DNA from: Lama glama
Lineage: Eukaryota
Assembly: GCA_028534125.1 (NCBI GenBank)
Contig: CM052818.1
Span: 13,952,001 to 14,016,000, forward strand
DNA: 64,000 nucleotides
Reading direction: 5' to 3'
In this document: one piece after another, positions 11,340 to 22,408 of the stretch
How the letters are laid out: every line of letters begins with the position of its first letter
How positions within the stretch are numbered: the first letter of the stretch is position 1
Notes under the pieces: model-generated
The model's database searches: none
What the model was told of the DNA's origin: nothing
The model's input: the letters and a program-made list of their open reading frames with translations, nothing else
Program-made: the position numbers and the translations under genes

Positions 11340-13665
11340 AACAACCCTACTCCTTTAACAGCTCTGTCCCCACCCTTTTTGGTTATTGATGTCGTAAAAT
11401 TACGTCTTTAAACACTGGGTTTCCAAAACCATAAACTAATAATTCTTTTAAATGCATTAGTCTCTTACATGATGTCAAAAACAATTTAAAATTACAAATC
11501 AGAGTTACAATAATACTAGCATTTAGACTAATAACTTTAAAAAATGCATTAGTCCCTTAAATCATGTAGATGACAAAAAGGGTAGTTACAAATCATTGTT
11601 AAAATAATACTAGTTTTTATAATTGCATATGTATTTACCTTTATTAAAGTCTTTATTTCTTCACATGGCTTTGAGTTACTGTCTAATGTCCTGTCATTTC
11701 ACCCTGCAGGACTCCTTATGCATTTCTTTCAGGGAAAGTCTAGTGGTAACAGACTCCCTCAGCTTTTGTTTATCTAGTAATGTCTTAATTTCTCTCTCAC
11801 TCTTTTACTGTTATTATTATTTGATTTTATTTTATTGAAATTACAATGTGTTAATTTCAGGTATACAGCAAAGTGATTCAGATATATATATATAATATAC
11901 ATATATATATATTCTTTTTCAGATTCTGTACCATTATAGGTTATTATGAGATATTGGATATAGTTCCCTGTGCTATATAGTAGGTCCTTGTTTTTTTAAT
12001 CTGTTTTATATATAGTAGTGTGTTCTCTCAATCTTGAAAGACAGGTTTGCTGAATCTAGGATTCCTGGTTGACTTTTTGTGTTATTTTTCTTTTAGCACT
12101 TTGAATAGCACTGCCTTCTGGCCTCCAGAGTTTGTTTCTGATGAAAAAATCTGCTGATAATCTTATTGAAGTTCCCTTCCATATGATGAATCACTTCTCT
12201 CTTGGCTTTTTTCAAGATTCTCTCTTTGTTTTTAATCTTTCAGAAGTTGAATTATAGTACATCTCAGTGTGGGTCTCTTTGAGCTCTTACTTGGAGTTCA
12301 TTGAGCTTCTTGGATGTTTATTTTGTGTCTTTCATCAAATTTGGGAAGTTTTCTGCCATTATTTCTTCAGATATCCTCTCTGCTCCTTTCTCTATCTCTT
12401 CTTTTTCTGAGACTTCCACAGTGTATATGTTGGTCCCCTTGATGGTGTCCTATAGGACCCTTATGCTCTGTTTTTTCTTCAGTTTTCTTTCTTCAGATTT
12501 TTTTTTCTGTTTCTCAGACTCAGTAATTTCCATTGTCTTATCTTCATGTTTGCTGATTCTTTCTTCTGCTGCTGAAATATGCCACTGAATCCCTCTAGAC
12601 AATTTTTCATTTCAGTTATTGTACTTTTCAGCTACAGAATTTCTTTTTGGTTTATTCTAGGTTTTCTATCTCTTTATTGATATTTCTATTTTGTTCAACC
12701 ATCATTTTCTTGACTTTCTCTACATCTCCCTTTAGTTCTTTGTGCACCTTTAAGACAGTTGTTTTAAAGTCTTTGTCCAGTGGATCTATCAGTTCTTTTT
12801 CAGGATAGTTTTTGTTGATTTGTTCTTTTCATTTGAATGGGTCATACTTTCCTACTTCTCTGTATGCCTTGTGATTATGGTTGAAAACTGAACATTTGAA
12901 TGAATAACTTGGTAACTCTGGAAATCAGATTCTCTCTCTTTCACTGGGTATGCTAGTTTTTGTTTTTGTGTATTGTTTTTGTTTTTAAATTGTTGTAGGC
13001 TGTGTCTGTGCCAGGGATCTGGTTGAAGTGTAAACTTAAAGTCCTCTCAGGTCTTTTTGAGCCTATGCCTTTCCCTGAGGTATGCATGTTGACATTCTAA
13101 TTTCCCCTATATATGGAGTTCTTTTGAATGTCCTACTCGTTCATGTCTGCCCCCCAAAAAAGGAAAAGGGGAAAAATGAAGGGAGGAAAAGACCCATTAC
13201 TGGCCCTTTAAATCCCTTGGAAGTCACTTCAGCTGGAGGAGGGAGGGACTTGCAACAATGGAGGGAGGTGCAGCAACAGTGGCCAATGACCTCTTTGTTG
13301 GCGTCTCTTTGTTGAGATCAGAAGCAGCAATCTGTGATCAGAGCACAGACCCCTTATATTTGAAAGACAGGATTCTTGCCCATCCTGGCTCCTGCAAGTG
13401 GTGTACAGGCTTCTCCAGGAACAGGTGCACAGCTGCCTGCCATAGGGCTGGAGGTATGGGATGGGTAGCTGCTCTGGTACTAGGAGCTAAAATTGACTAT
13501 TATTAACTGCACTTTCCTGTCCAAGCCTTCTCTGGGAAGTTGCAAGCTTTCAGTAGACCCATAGTCTCAAAACAGTTACATCAGACAGGTTCTACCAGTG
13601 TAATTGTTGTCTAGGTTGGGGGACAGATTCCTGGTGCTCCCTACTCTCCATCTCCCCAGAATCCT
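11340..13665 (-). mobile_element. Old L1 (L1M-type) 5'/ORF1/inter-ORF region, antisense, interrupted by a younger L1
   Basis: Typical antisense ORF1-region text: 'ctgccttctggcctcca...tctgatgaaaaaatctgctgataatcttattga', 'atttgggaagttttctgccattatttcttcag'. Confidence 0.8.
11805..12023 (-). mobile_element. Short artiodactyl-type L1 3' end nested in the old L1
   Basis: 'ttcaggtatacagcaaagtgattcag...ccattataggttattatgagatattggatatagttccctgtgctata'. TSD-like tctctca(c/a)tctt at 11793-11804 and 12024-12035. Confidence 0.85.
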
Positions 13666-14597
13666 TGAGAACTATTCTTGGGGGATTTGTAGTATTAGGA
13701 AGATGGCCCTTTAAGGAAAAACAGTTACTCTACATTACAATGTTTTAAGCTCTAGCATTTTTTCTTTTTGAGCTTTTCAGTTGAAGCAGGGATGAGGGTG
13801 GTGTGAGTGGGTGAGTTCGGGCCTAGGGTTGAGGGCTTTGTTTTCTAGACATAAGATTGCTTTTCAGGACATTTCAAAGACCGTATTGTGGTGGGATCCT
13901 GCCCTCTATGCAGCAATCCCACACTGTTATATGCTTGACTGGGCTCTCATGGCCTGGCTGACTTTTCTGGTTCTGGTACTCTAGGTTGAAGCACAGGCTG
14001 GCTGCAGAGTTGTTGCTAATACTGTAACTCTAGCTTCGAAAAATTTTGGCATGCTCAGTCTATTCTTCAGCAAAGTAGGAAATGTATACACAAAAATAGC
14101 CTAGGCTGGTCAACTTACTTCCAGATTGTAGATAGTCTGTTTTCTTAAAACCACTGATAAGATTTCACAACCAGTGGAGGAAGAGTATTTGGTTATTCTG
14201 CTTGATAATCCTTGATTCCAAGTGGGGATGTGAGATTATTACAGAGTTGAAAGCAAGAAGCATCTCTTTGTGTCTCTGAACAAGACCCTGACCGAGGAAG
14301 TAATTCCTTGTTATTTTTCTGACTCAGTCTGTCTGCTCACAAATCCCCACATGACATGTTATTGTTGAAGGGAGCCCATGAGCCAAGGTCAAGCTTACTT
14401 TCACTTCACAGTTGGGGTTTCACTTGTTGTCTTTGTTCCTCAGCTCTGCCTCCATGAAAAATAAGACAGTACACTGGTTGGTCAGGCAGCCTGTAATTTC
14501 TCTGGGCAGTTGGGTGTTGAGAGGAGGAGAAACAACAATGCCTGAAGCTTCCTGAGGAGGTGAATGATTTAGAAGGATACAGAATTCTCTGGAAGGC

Positions 14598-14794
14598 AGA
14601 GTTTCTCCATCTCAGCACTATTAACATTTTAGACAGATAATTCTTTGTTGTGTGGGGCTGTCCTGGCGCTGTAGGATGTTTAGTGGCATTCTGGCCTCTA
14701 TCCACGAGATGCTGGGCGTGCTCCCTTCTTACCCCTAACCAGTCAGGAGGAACAGAAATGTCTCTAGGCCTTGCCAAACGGTTAAAAACCACTG
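14598..14794. mobile_element. MER20 hAT-Charlie element
   Basis: 'cagagtttctccatctcagcactattaacatttt...gataattctttgttg...ggctgtcctg...gtaggatgtttag...aaatgtctctag...aaccactg'. Confidence 0.85.
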
Positions 14795-15776
14795 GTGTAA
14801 GTTTTCCTAATGAGAGTAAAAACTCTACCATTCCACAGTTAAACATCATAATTACTCAGTGGATCAAAGACAGGAAATAAGTGGATGTACCTCCTTTATT
14901 TCTTTCTCCTATGTAAATCGTTATTGACCATGCAGAGCCAGAAAGCACCCTGAGATAAGTGCAGGGAAACAAGCAAATAAAATAGGGCTTATCTCACTTT
15001 CAATTCATAACTCAGAAATCTAAATATCTCAAGGATTCTTGGCAAGAAAGAACTAACAATGTGCTCAGGTTTGTCCCATCAGCAGAAGCACACAACCCCC
15101 AAATGTGAGCTGCCTGTCTCTGGCCGAGTTCTGCAGAATCTGTCCCCGCCTTTATCTGGGGGGCACAGTGGCTTCTCTGTTCCTAGGATCATGAGGCCTC
15201 AGGTTCACCCCTTCCTCCCACCTCTTGATCCCTTCCCACCTCTTCAGTTAGAAGCATGTTAGATTCTTCAGCTGTGAGGATGCAGGCTTTGAAGGGTAGA
15301 AACCAAGGAGAGTGCCCTTTCTGGCTTCTAGATGATGCTTTGTTATTCTGCTGGAGTGCCTTTGCCGCGCAAGATGAGAAGGCTGACTAACGGACGAGAA
15401 ATTGATGTAGCCATTTAACTGACCAAGATTTGAAAAAGATTCCTTTGTGGCCTTTACAGAAAGCCACAGACATGATGATAGAATCAAAAGTATAACCTTG
15501 TGCAAAACAAACAAACAAACAAAACAGTAGAAATGGGATCATTCACCTTGAAGACTGAAGATGAATCACAAAGGGTGAATCATAAACAAAGGAGTTTATG
15601 TTTTCTACCTCTGCCTAAGATAGAAAAAAGAAATCAATACGTCCAGTGTGTGAGGAATTTGAATTTCTTGTAGGGGAACATTTCTGAAAGTTAATTAGGG
15701 CTTATCAACTTTACAAGGGGTGCTAGTACCAACGGTGTTTTGGAATCTCCTTTAAAGGTCTTTAAGAATTGTCTGA

Positions 15777-16464
15777 AATTCAACACCCATTTATGATAAA
15801 AACTCTTGCCAAAGTGGGTATAGAGGGAACATATCTCAACATAATAAAAGCTATATATGACAAACCTATAGCCAGCATAGTTCTCAANNNNNNNNNNNNN
15901 NNNNNNNNNNNNNNNNNNNNNNNNNNNNNNNNNNNNNNNNNNNNNNNNNNNNNNNNNNNNNNNNNNNNNNNNNNNNNNNNNNNNNNNNNNNNNNNNNNNN
16001 NNNNNNNNNNNNNNNNNNNNNNNNNNNNNNNNNNNNNNNNNNNNNNNNNNNNNNNNNNNNNNNNNNNNNNNNNNNNNNNNNNNNNNNNNNNNNNNNNNNN
16101 NNNNNNNNNNNNNNNNNNNNNNNNNNNNNNNNNNNNNNNNNNNNNNNNNNNNNNNNNNNNNNNNNNNNNNNNNNNNNNNNNNNNNNNNNNNNNNNNNNNN
16201 NNNNNNNNNNNNNNNNNNNNNNNNNNNNNNNNNNNNNNNNNNNNNNNNNNNNNNNNNNNNNNNNNNNNNNNNNNNNNNNNNNNNNNNNNNNNNNNNNNNN
16301 NNNNNNNNNNNNNNNNNNNNNNNNNNNNNNNNNNNNNNNNNNNNNNNNNNNNNNNNNNNNNNNNNNNNNNNNNNNNNNNNNNNNNNNGCACAGGGAAATA
16401 TACACAAAATGTTATGGTAAATCACAGAGAAAAAAATGTGAACCCCCCCCCCAAAAAAAAAAAA
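15777..16464 (+). mobile_element. Young 5'-truncated L1 spanning the assembly gap
   Basis: ORF2 RT-region peptide [36 protein letters not shown] before the gap, L1 3'UTR text and an A tail after it. Perfect 13-bp TSD aagaattgtctga at 15764-15776 and 16465-16477. Confidence 0.92.
15888..16387. other. Assembly gap (500 N)
   Basis: Directly visible. Confidence 1.
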
Positions 16465-16554
16465 AAGAATTGTCTGACCTTGACTCTGGCTGGTCAACTC
16501 AGGTAGGGTGTGGTCCTGCAAGAGAAGGAATGGCCTTTTAGGTCTCACTGCTCT

Positions 16555-17547
16555 CTCTTTGTGTCATTTAGGTTTTCAGAGTATAGATTACCTCCTTGGT
16601 TAAGTTTATTTCTAAGTAAGTATTTTGTTATTTTTTTTTTGATGTAATGGAAATGTCTCTGCTAGTTATAAAATTCCGGGTTTTGAAGTGTAAAAAAAAA
16701 AAAAAGTGAATGAAGGGCCGCAAATGGCAAAATATCCTTCTTTTTTATGGGTGAGTTGTATTCCATTACATATATATGTATACCACATCTTCATTATCTA
16801 TTCAACTATTGATGTGCACTTAGGATGCTTCCATGTCTTGGAAATTATAAATAATGTTGCTGTTAATAGCAGGGTGTATGTATCTTTTTTAATTAATTCT
16901 TATTTTGTGGTTGGCTTTATTCCTTTGATAACTATGTAAGTTTAAAAAGCTAAAGCTCTAAACGGTCTTAGAAATAATGAACAGTACATATATGTAAATT
17001 TAAAAATATATGTACAGTAAAAGAAAAAAAATCTATCAAACCATGAAAGACATGGAAGAAACTTAAATGACATATTACTAAATGAAAGAAGCCAGTCTGA
17101 AAAGGCTACAAACTGTATGATTCCAACCAAATGACATTCTGGAAAAGGCACAGCTACAGAAACAATAAAAAGATCGTGGTTTCCAGGGGTTTCGGGAGAG
17201 GGAGGGAGGGAGGGAGGAATGAACAGATGGAGCACAAGGGATTTTTAGGCAATGAAATTATTCTGTATACTATAGTGGTGGCTACATGTCATTATGCATT
17301 TGTCAGAACCCATAGAATGTACAACATCAAGAGTGAACCCTAATGTAAACTGTGGACTTTGGTTGATAATAATGTGTCCATGTTGGTTCATCGATTGTAC
17401 CAAATATGCCACACTGATGAGGGATGTGGAGGGTAGGGGAGTATATATGTGTGGGTGGGGAGGGCTATGTGCGAACTCTCTGTATTTTCTGCTCAATTCT
17501 GTTGTGAACCTAAAACTGCTCTAAAAGAATAAAGTCTATAAAAAAAA
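16555..17547 (+). mobile_element. Composite L1-derived insert: antisense L1 fragments (~16555-16920) plus sense L1MC1/2-like 3' end (~17030-17547) with AATAAA and A tail
   Basis: 'gaagccagtctgaaaaggctaca...gagtgaaccctaatgtaaactgtggactttgg...gtgaacctaaaactgctctaaaagaataaagtctataaaaaaaaa'. Confidence 0.8.
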
Positions 17548-17694
17548 AACTTTACAAGGGTTGCTAGCACCAACAGTGTTTTAGAATCTCCTTTAAAGGT
17601 CTTTAAGAATTGTCTGATCTCAACTCTGGCTGGTTGGCTCAGGTAGGGTGTGTTCCCGCAAGGGAAAGAATGGCCTTTTAGGTCTCACTGCTCT
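17548..17694 (+). repeat. Copy 2 of the 147-bp direct repeat (intact)
   Basis: aactttacaaggg...ggtctcactgctct, starting immediately after the A tail of the insert. Confidence 0.93.
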
Positions 17695-17869
17695 GGCACT
17701 TGGATGGCAGTGAGGTGACAGCCTGTTACCTAGACGGAGCCTTAACTTGATTCTCTAAATCAGGACTCAGGCAACAGTCTTTCACAGCTTTGAGTTACTT
17801 GACCAGATTCAACAGATGGATGTTTTCTCTTTGCCTTCAGTGGGTTTTGTGTGTTTACTTAGACAAGCG

Positions 17870-18310
17870 GCGTTGCAGTTGGGTTTCCCCACAGCTGACT
17901 CTGCAATTAAGATTTATGTGCAGGCTGCTCACTAGGAAGTGCTCTTGGTATCAACACCGTGACGGACAGGGAGAAAACAGGACTGGGCATCGGGAGCAGG
18001 TAAGCTCTAAAGGATCCCAACAAAGAACTCAGCAGACCACATAGAAAGCTCTGAGGCTGGGCTGGCCTCTCTCGGGTGTCCCCAGTTGGGACAAGACTTG
18101 TCCACGTCTTTATACGCCTGGATATGGGTCACTGGATGAGGGCTGCCACCGAAGAAGGCATGACCTTGGGCAGAGCAGCTTCCCTTAGCCCAGGCACTCC
18201 CCACAGCGGGCTGACCACTGGGCGTCTCCTTCCAGCGGCATTCCTGCTGCGTGGGGAATAAACTGCCCCCCACTCAGGAAAGGGGAGGTCTGTGGGTGCG
18301 TCACTGTGTT
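17870..18310 (-). mobile_element. Old ERVL LTR (LTR33/LTR16-like)
   Basis: 'ggaagtgctcttggtatcaacacc...caggactgggca...gggtcactggatgagggctgcc...catgaccttgggc' is antisense-homologous to 51930-52302. Confidence 0.6.
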
Positions 18311-21300
18311 CCCTACAAGCGGCTTTCCCTACCTTCTTCTCGCGTCTGAGACTTGCCTTTTCCCTTTACTTATTTCTACAGGAAGCATTTTCCCTCCTGC
18401 AGGAACGTATTTCTCTTACCCTAGTTCCCTTCCAAGCCTTGCCACCCCAGTACACAGAGTAAATGCAGAGTCAGATTCTGTTGGTTCTGAAATGTCTTCT
18501 TTCCTCTCTCTGTCCTTCCCCCGCTTCCTCTCTTCCCTCCCTAAACGCTCATCAGGCAGTTTCACCTGCTTCCAATTTGAGCCTCGTGACAGCCAGCCTA
18601 AATTGCAAGCCTGATGTCAGCTGATTTCTCCCTCTTTGGAGTTTTTCCATTATTCCCTTCATGGCCATGTACTCCCCCTCTGCCCTCTGCCAATACCTTG
18701 TGCGTGAATTCCCCGGGGCAGTGGTGCAGCTGGCCCAGAGCCTGGGTTAGCTCAGCCACGAGCTGGTGGGACTTTGATCACGGCCCATTCTCTCGATTAG
18801 CTGTCTAAAACGAGGCCAGGGCACTAAGTGATCCCCCAACATCTCTTTTAACTCCAACATTCAATGACTTTTTGATTTGAGGGATTTTCACAAAGGAAAA
18901 TGGGAACAAAAAGGGATGCCAGATTCCCTACTCGGTCTTCACTTCCTGTCTTACCCACTGAGAAGACTGGAGCCTCCTCTCCCAGCTAAACGCAAGATGT
19001 GGGACCAGTTATGGCACAGTCTAAGTGTCTGGAGAGTCAAGGTTTGGAGTCCCCAGAACATTGTGGAAACCAGTCAGAAGTGAGCTCAGAAACTTCTTAG
19101 CAGCCCGTCCTGCAGCTGCACTTAGCCTCTGTCTGTGAGTCTCTCCTGTGAGGTGAGGGAACGTGCATCAGGGCTTGTGTTGAGCTGTCTTTGAAATGCT
19201 CAGTGAGTCCACTGCGGTGAGAGAGGTTTCCGGCTGGTTTCATTCTGCTGGCCTCTCTCCCCTCGTCTTAATCTAAATGGATTTCACTGTCACTATTGCT
19301 GTTTTCTGTAGCATTTGTCTTTTGTTTGTTTTTCGCATGAGACTGGGCCAGGGTAAACAGTGGCCCTTGACAGGAACTCAGGCTCAGGGGGACTGGGTTA
19401 AGACCCTTCAAATTGTCCTTTCTCTTCCAGGCTGGCCCTTTCACGCAGTAAGTAATGACAGACCGTGATAAATGAACTGCATAGAGTAAATATAGCACAG
19501 AGGATGGAAGCTGGAGAGAAAAGCCTACTGGAAAAGTGAACCTGGTGGTTCAAGAGCAGAGCTGAGCTTATTTGCATGTAACTCAGGTGTGGTTACTTAT
19601 TTATGAAGCACATTTCCTCTGAGGTGTGGAAAATAGGCTAGCTGTGAACCTGATCCGGGCCGTAGAAAGCTCACGGTCAGGAAGCAGAGCCTGGGGCAGA
19701 GGTGGGGGAACCACCGCCCACCCCACTGACCAGTGCACCCCACTCCCCACCCCAGTGCTCCTGTTAATTCCCTGAGCTTTTTCTTGTCTTCCCTTCTTGC
19801 TGGACTGTGAGGAGGGCAGGGGCAGTGTTTGGTCACCATTGTTTCCCTGCACCCAGTGTCTCACCTGGCACATGGCAGGCCTTCAATAAACACGTGTGTT
19901 ATGAATGGCACTTGGCAGTGAAGCTTGCACCTACCTGGAAGTTGGAGGGAGGTAAATACAAAAGAGGGGGAGAGCCCTTGGCCCTTCCAAACTAGACCCA
20001 CCCTGAAGCCAGAGGAGGAAGTAATGTTAGAAAGAGAGGGAAGGAGAAGCACATTTGAAGAAGGGGTCAGCTGTGGACCTGCTGCAGGAGAAAATCCCAA
20101 ACAAACGTGACCTTCCAAGTGTGTGGTTTGACTCCCAGAACAAGGAAAAAAACAAAACAGAACAACCCACACAGTTCCCCCCAATAAAAAACGCCTACCC
20201 CAAACAGCAATTGCTCCAGACTCTTGGTGATATCCTAGTTACACAGCAGAAAGAACAAAGAAGTGATTTAAGCATCTTGAAATTGGAATAGCTGTTGCCA
20301 AACGCCAGAGGATCAGCAGAATTGTTAGATTCCAGAAAATGCAGAACCCTTGAGGCTTCTGTATTCTTCCATCCTGATGTCAGACTGCCGGCAGCCCACG
20401 CTGAGCTGCTTTGTAAGAATGTGCAGCTAGGCCACTGCCTCTAGAAAGGGGGAGGAAGGAAGGGCCAGCTCGCCTTGCTGGGAATTTGGAAGCTCTGCAC
20501 CAGACACTGTCATTTCTCCGCTCCCAGTGATGAATGAGGCTGAGGCTGGCCCTTTCAGCTGACTAGACACAGATGTGAATTTATCAGTTAGGAGCCTGCC
20601 TGGGCAGGGTTGAGGTAGCAAATATGGAATGTTGAGGAACCTAGAGACTCGCATCAGTGCAAGCTGTTACCTCCCTAAGGTCGAAGGACAAAGGGAAGAA
20701 GGAAGTCTTGATGCCTGAACCAGGGGGCACTGGAGCTGTGGAGGAGGGGCCTCCAGAGACAGACAGCAAAGCAAGGGGGATGTGGGGAAGAAACCCTGTC
20801 CGTGTTTCCTGCCGGGTGCCTCCCACTGGCCAGAATGGGAGCTGGCCAGCCAGGGTGCCCAGGATGGTGCCTTCTTCAGGGGTCAGCCTCCTGGGGCTGA
20901 GAAGCCTCCTGGGGTGAGTCAAAGGAAGGAAAATCAGTACACTGACAACTAGCCTGATTACGGCAGAGCTACATGTCATAGAGCGTTTTATAAGTTACCT
21001 CATTTAATCCTCAAAGTTACTTTAAAGCAGGCTGAGCTCAAGGCGAATTCCAGAACTTGTGGGCACAGTGCCTGCTCATGCCTTACAGCCTATGAGGACT
21101 GATGAACTGAAAGACGGAAGTGTGTTGACACCCACCGTCAGGAGCTTGAGGCCAAAGGGACTCTAAACACCAACTAGAGCTGGGACGGTGACTGGGGGCA
21201 GTTTGCCTGCTCCCAGCCTTTGTGATTTCTCCCACGTTTGTGCTTTTTATCCTGTTTACCAGCAGTAAGAAGGTTGTCTTCTTTCCAACTGGCAGGCCTG

Positions 21301-21488
21301 TGGGGAGAGAGTCCTGCGGGACGCCGTGGGCAGGGACAGTGATCTGCAGGAAGAGGAACAGTCTGGTTCCACCTGAGGGAGGAAAGGGAAGCAGAAAGGC
21401 CAGGAGCCAGCTGGTCCTGAGGAGGGGGTGTGGCTGGGGACCAGGGGCACAGGGCCTGCCTCCTCCTGGTGCTTCTGCCTCCCTGCCT

Positions 21489-21509
21489 GGGGGATGGGGA
21501 GGGGTGGGG
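21489..21509 (+). other. G-quadruplex motif G5-AT-G4-A-G4-T-G4
   Basis: gggggatggggaggggtgggg, directly visible. Confidence 0.6.
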
Positions 21510-22394
21510 AGCTGTTCTCTGTGGCTCAGGTGCACAGACCTGAGTGACCCTCCAGCAGCTCGGGGCAGCAGGCAGCAGACTGACATTGGGTTTCCTTCAT
21601 TGTAAAGTAATCCAGGCAAGAGTGGCCATTTGATCTGAAGGGCAAGGTCTTATCACCAAATAAATATTTCATCACTTGAGGCCCCAGTGAGTTGAGGCCT
21701 GGATGGGACTTCAGTGCACACATGAGTCCCCTGCCCTGTCTCAGATGTCCCAACAGTTCCTACCCAGGGAAGGGGGAGGAGGAGGGCCGGTGGCTGAGCC
21801 ATTAGAGAGGGTGGGAGAGGGTGTCCCCTCCCATGACCTCCACGAAAGTGCTGAGTCACTCAGCTCGGTCACCTCTCTGCACCTTAGTTTTCTCAGCTGC
21901 AAAATGGAAATGATCTCCCAGCCGAGCTCTAGTGCCCGTTTTGGTTGCAAACGTCAAATGTGGTAAGAAAGGAAAGCATTTTGGAAGGCAGAAAATGACT
22001 TACCAAATGTGTTCATTATTAATACCGACCCTGTCTTTTCAGAAAATGTCCCTCCAAAGGCCTAAACCATAGTTGAGTTGCTTTCATTTATTCACCAAAC
22101 AGATATTTATTGCGTACTTTGTCATGTTCAGGGCTGATTCCCTGCCTTTCTGATCTGTATACTCTTCTTGCTTCACGTGTCCTGCCCTTTAGAGGTTTTA
22201 TTTTAACCTCTGCTCTCTAGGGTTGACAGGGAGTATACAAGGAATTCGAAAGCTTGTTGGGGTTGATGAGGAATACATTGGCTGAAATGAGATTCCAATG
22301 CCTCTGCTCATTGCCTCCAGCCTTACTGACGTTCTGCCTTTTCGCCTGAGGAGCTGCAGGCTGGGTGCGAGGAGGGAGCTGAGTGGCCCTGCAG

Positions 22395-22408
22395 GGTGCC
22401 ATGGCAAC
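22395..22408. promoter_or_regulatory. RFX X-box (13/14 match to GTTGCCATGGCAAC)
   Basis: ggtgccatggcaac, flanked by CRE-like TGACG (22327) and TGATGTCA (22434-22441). Binding not shown. Confidence 0.5.

Larger units (their letters stand above)
15707..16554 (+). repeat. Copy 1 of a 147-bp direct repeat (15707-15776 + 16478-16554), split by a young L1
   Basis: Ungapped alignment to 17548-17694 once the L1 and one TSD are removed; 14 mismatches counted by eye. Confidence 0.93.

Noticed and set aside
15691..16548. Long ORFs of 173-285 aa
   Set aside because: Artefacts of translating through the 500-N gap; only the short L1 ORF2 peptide is real.
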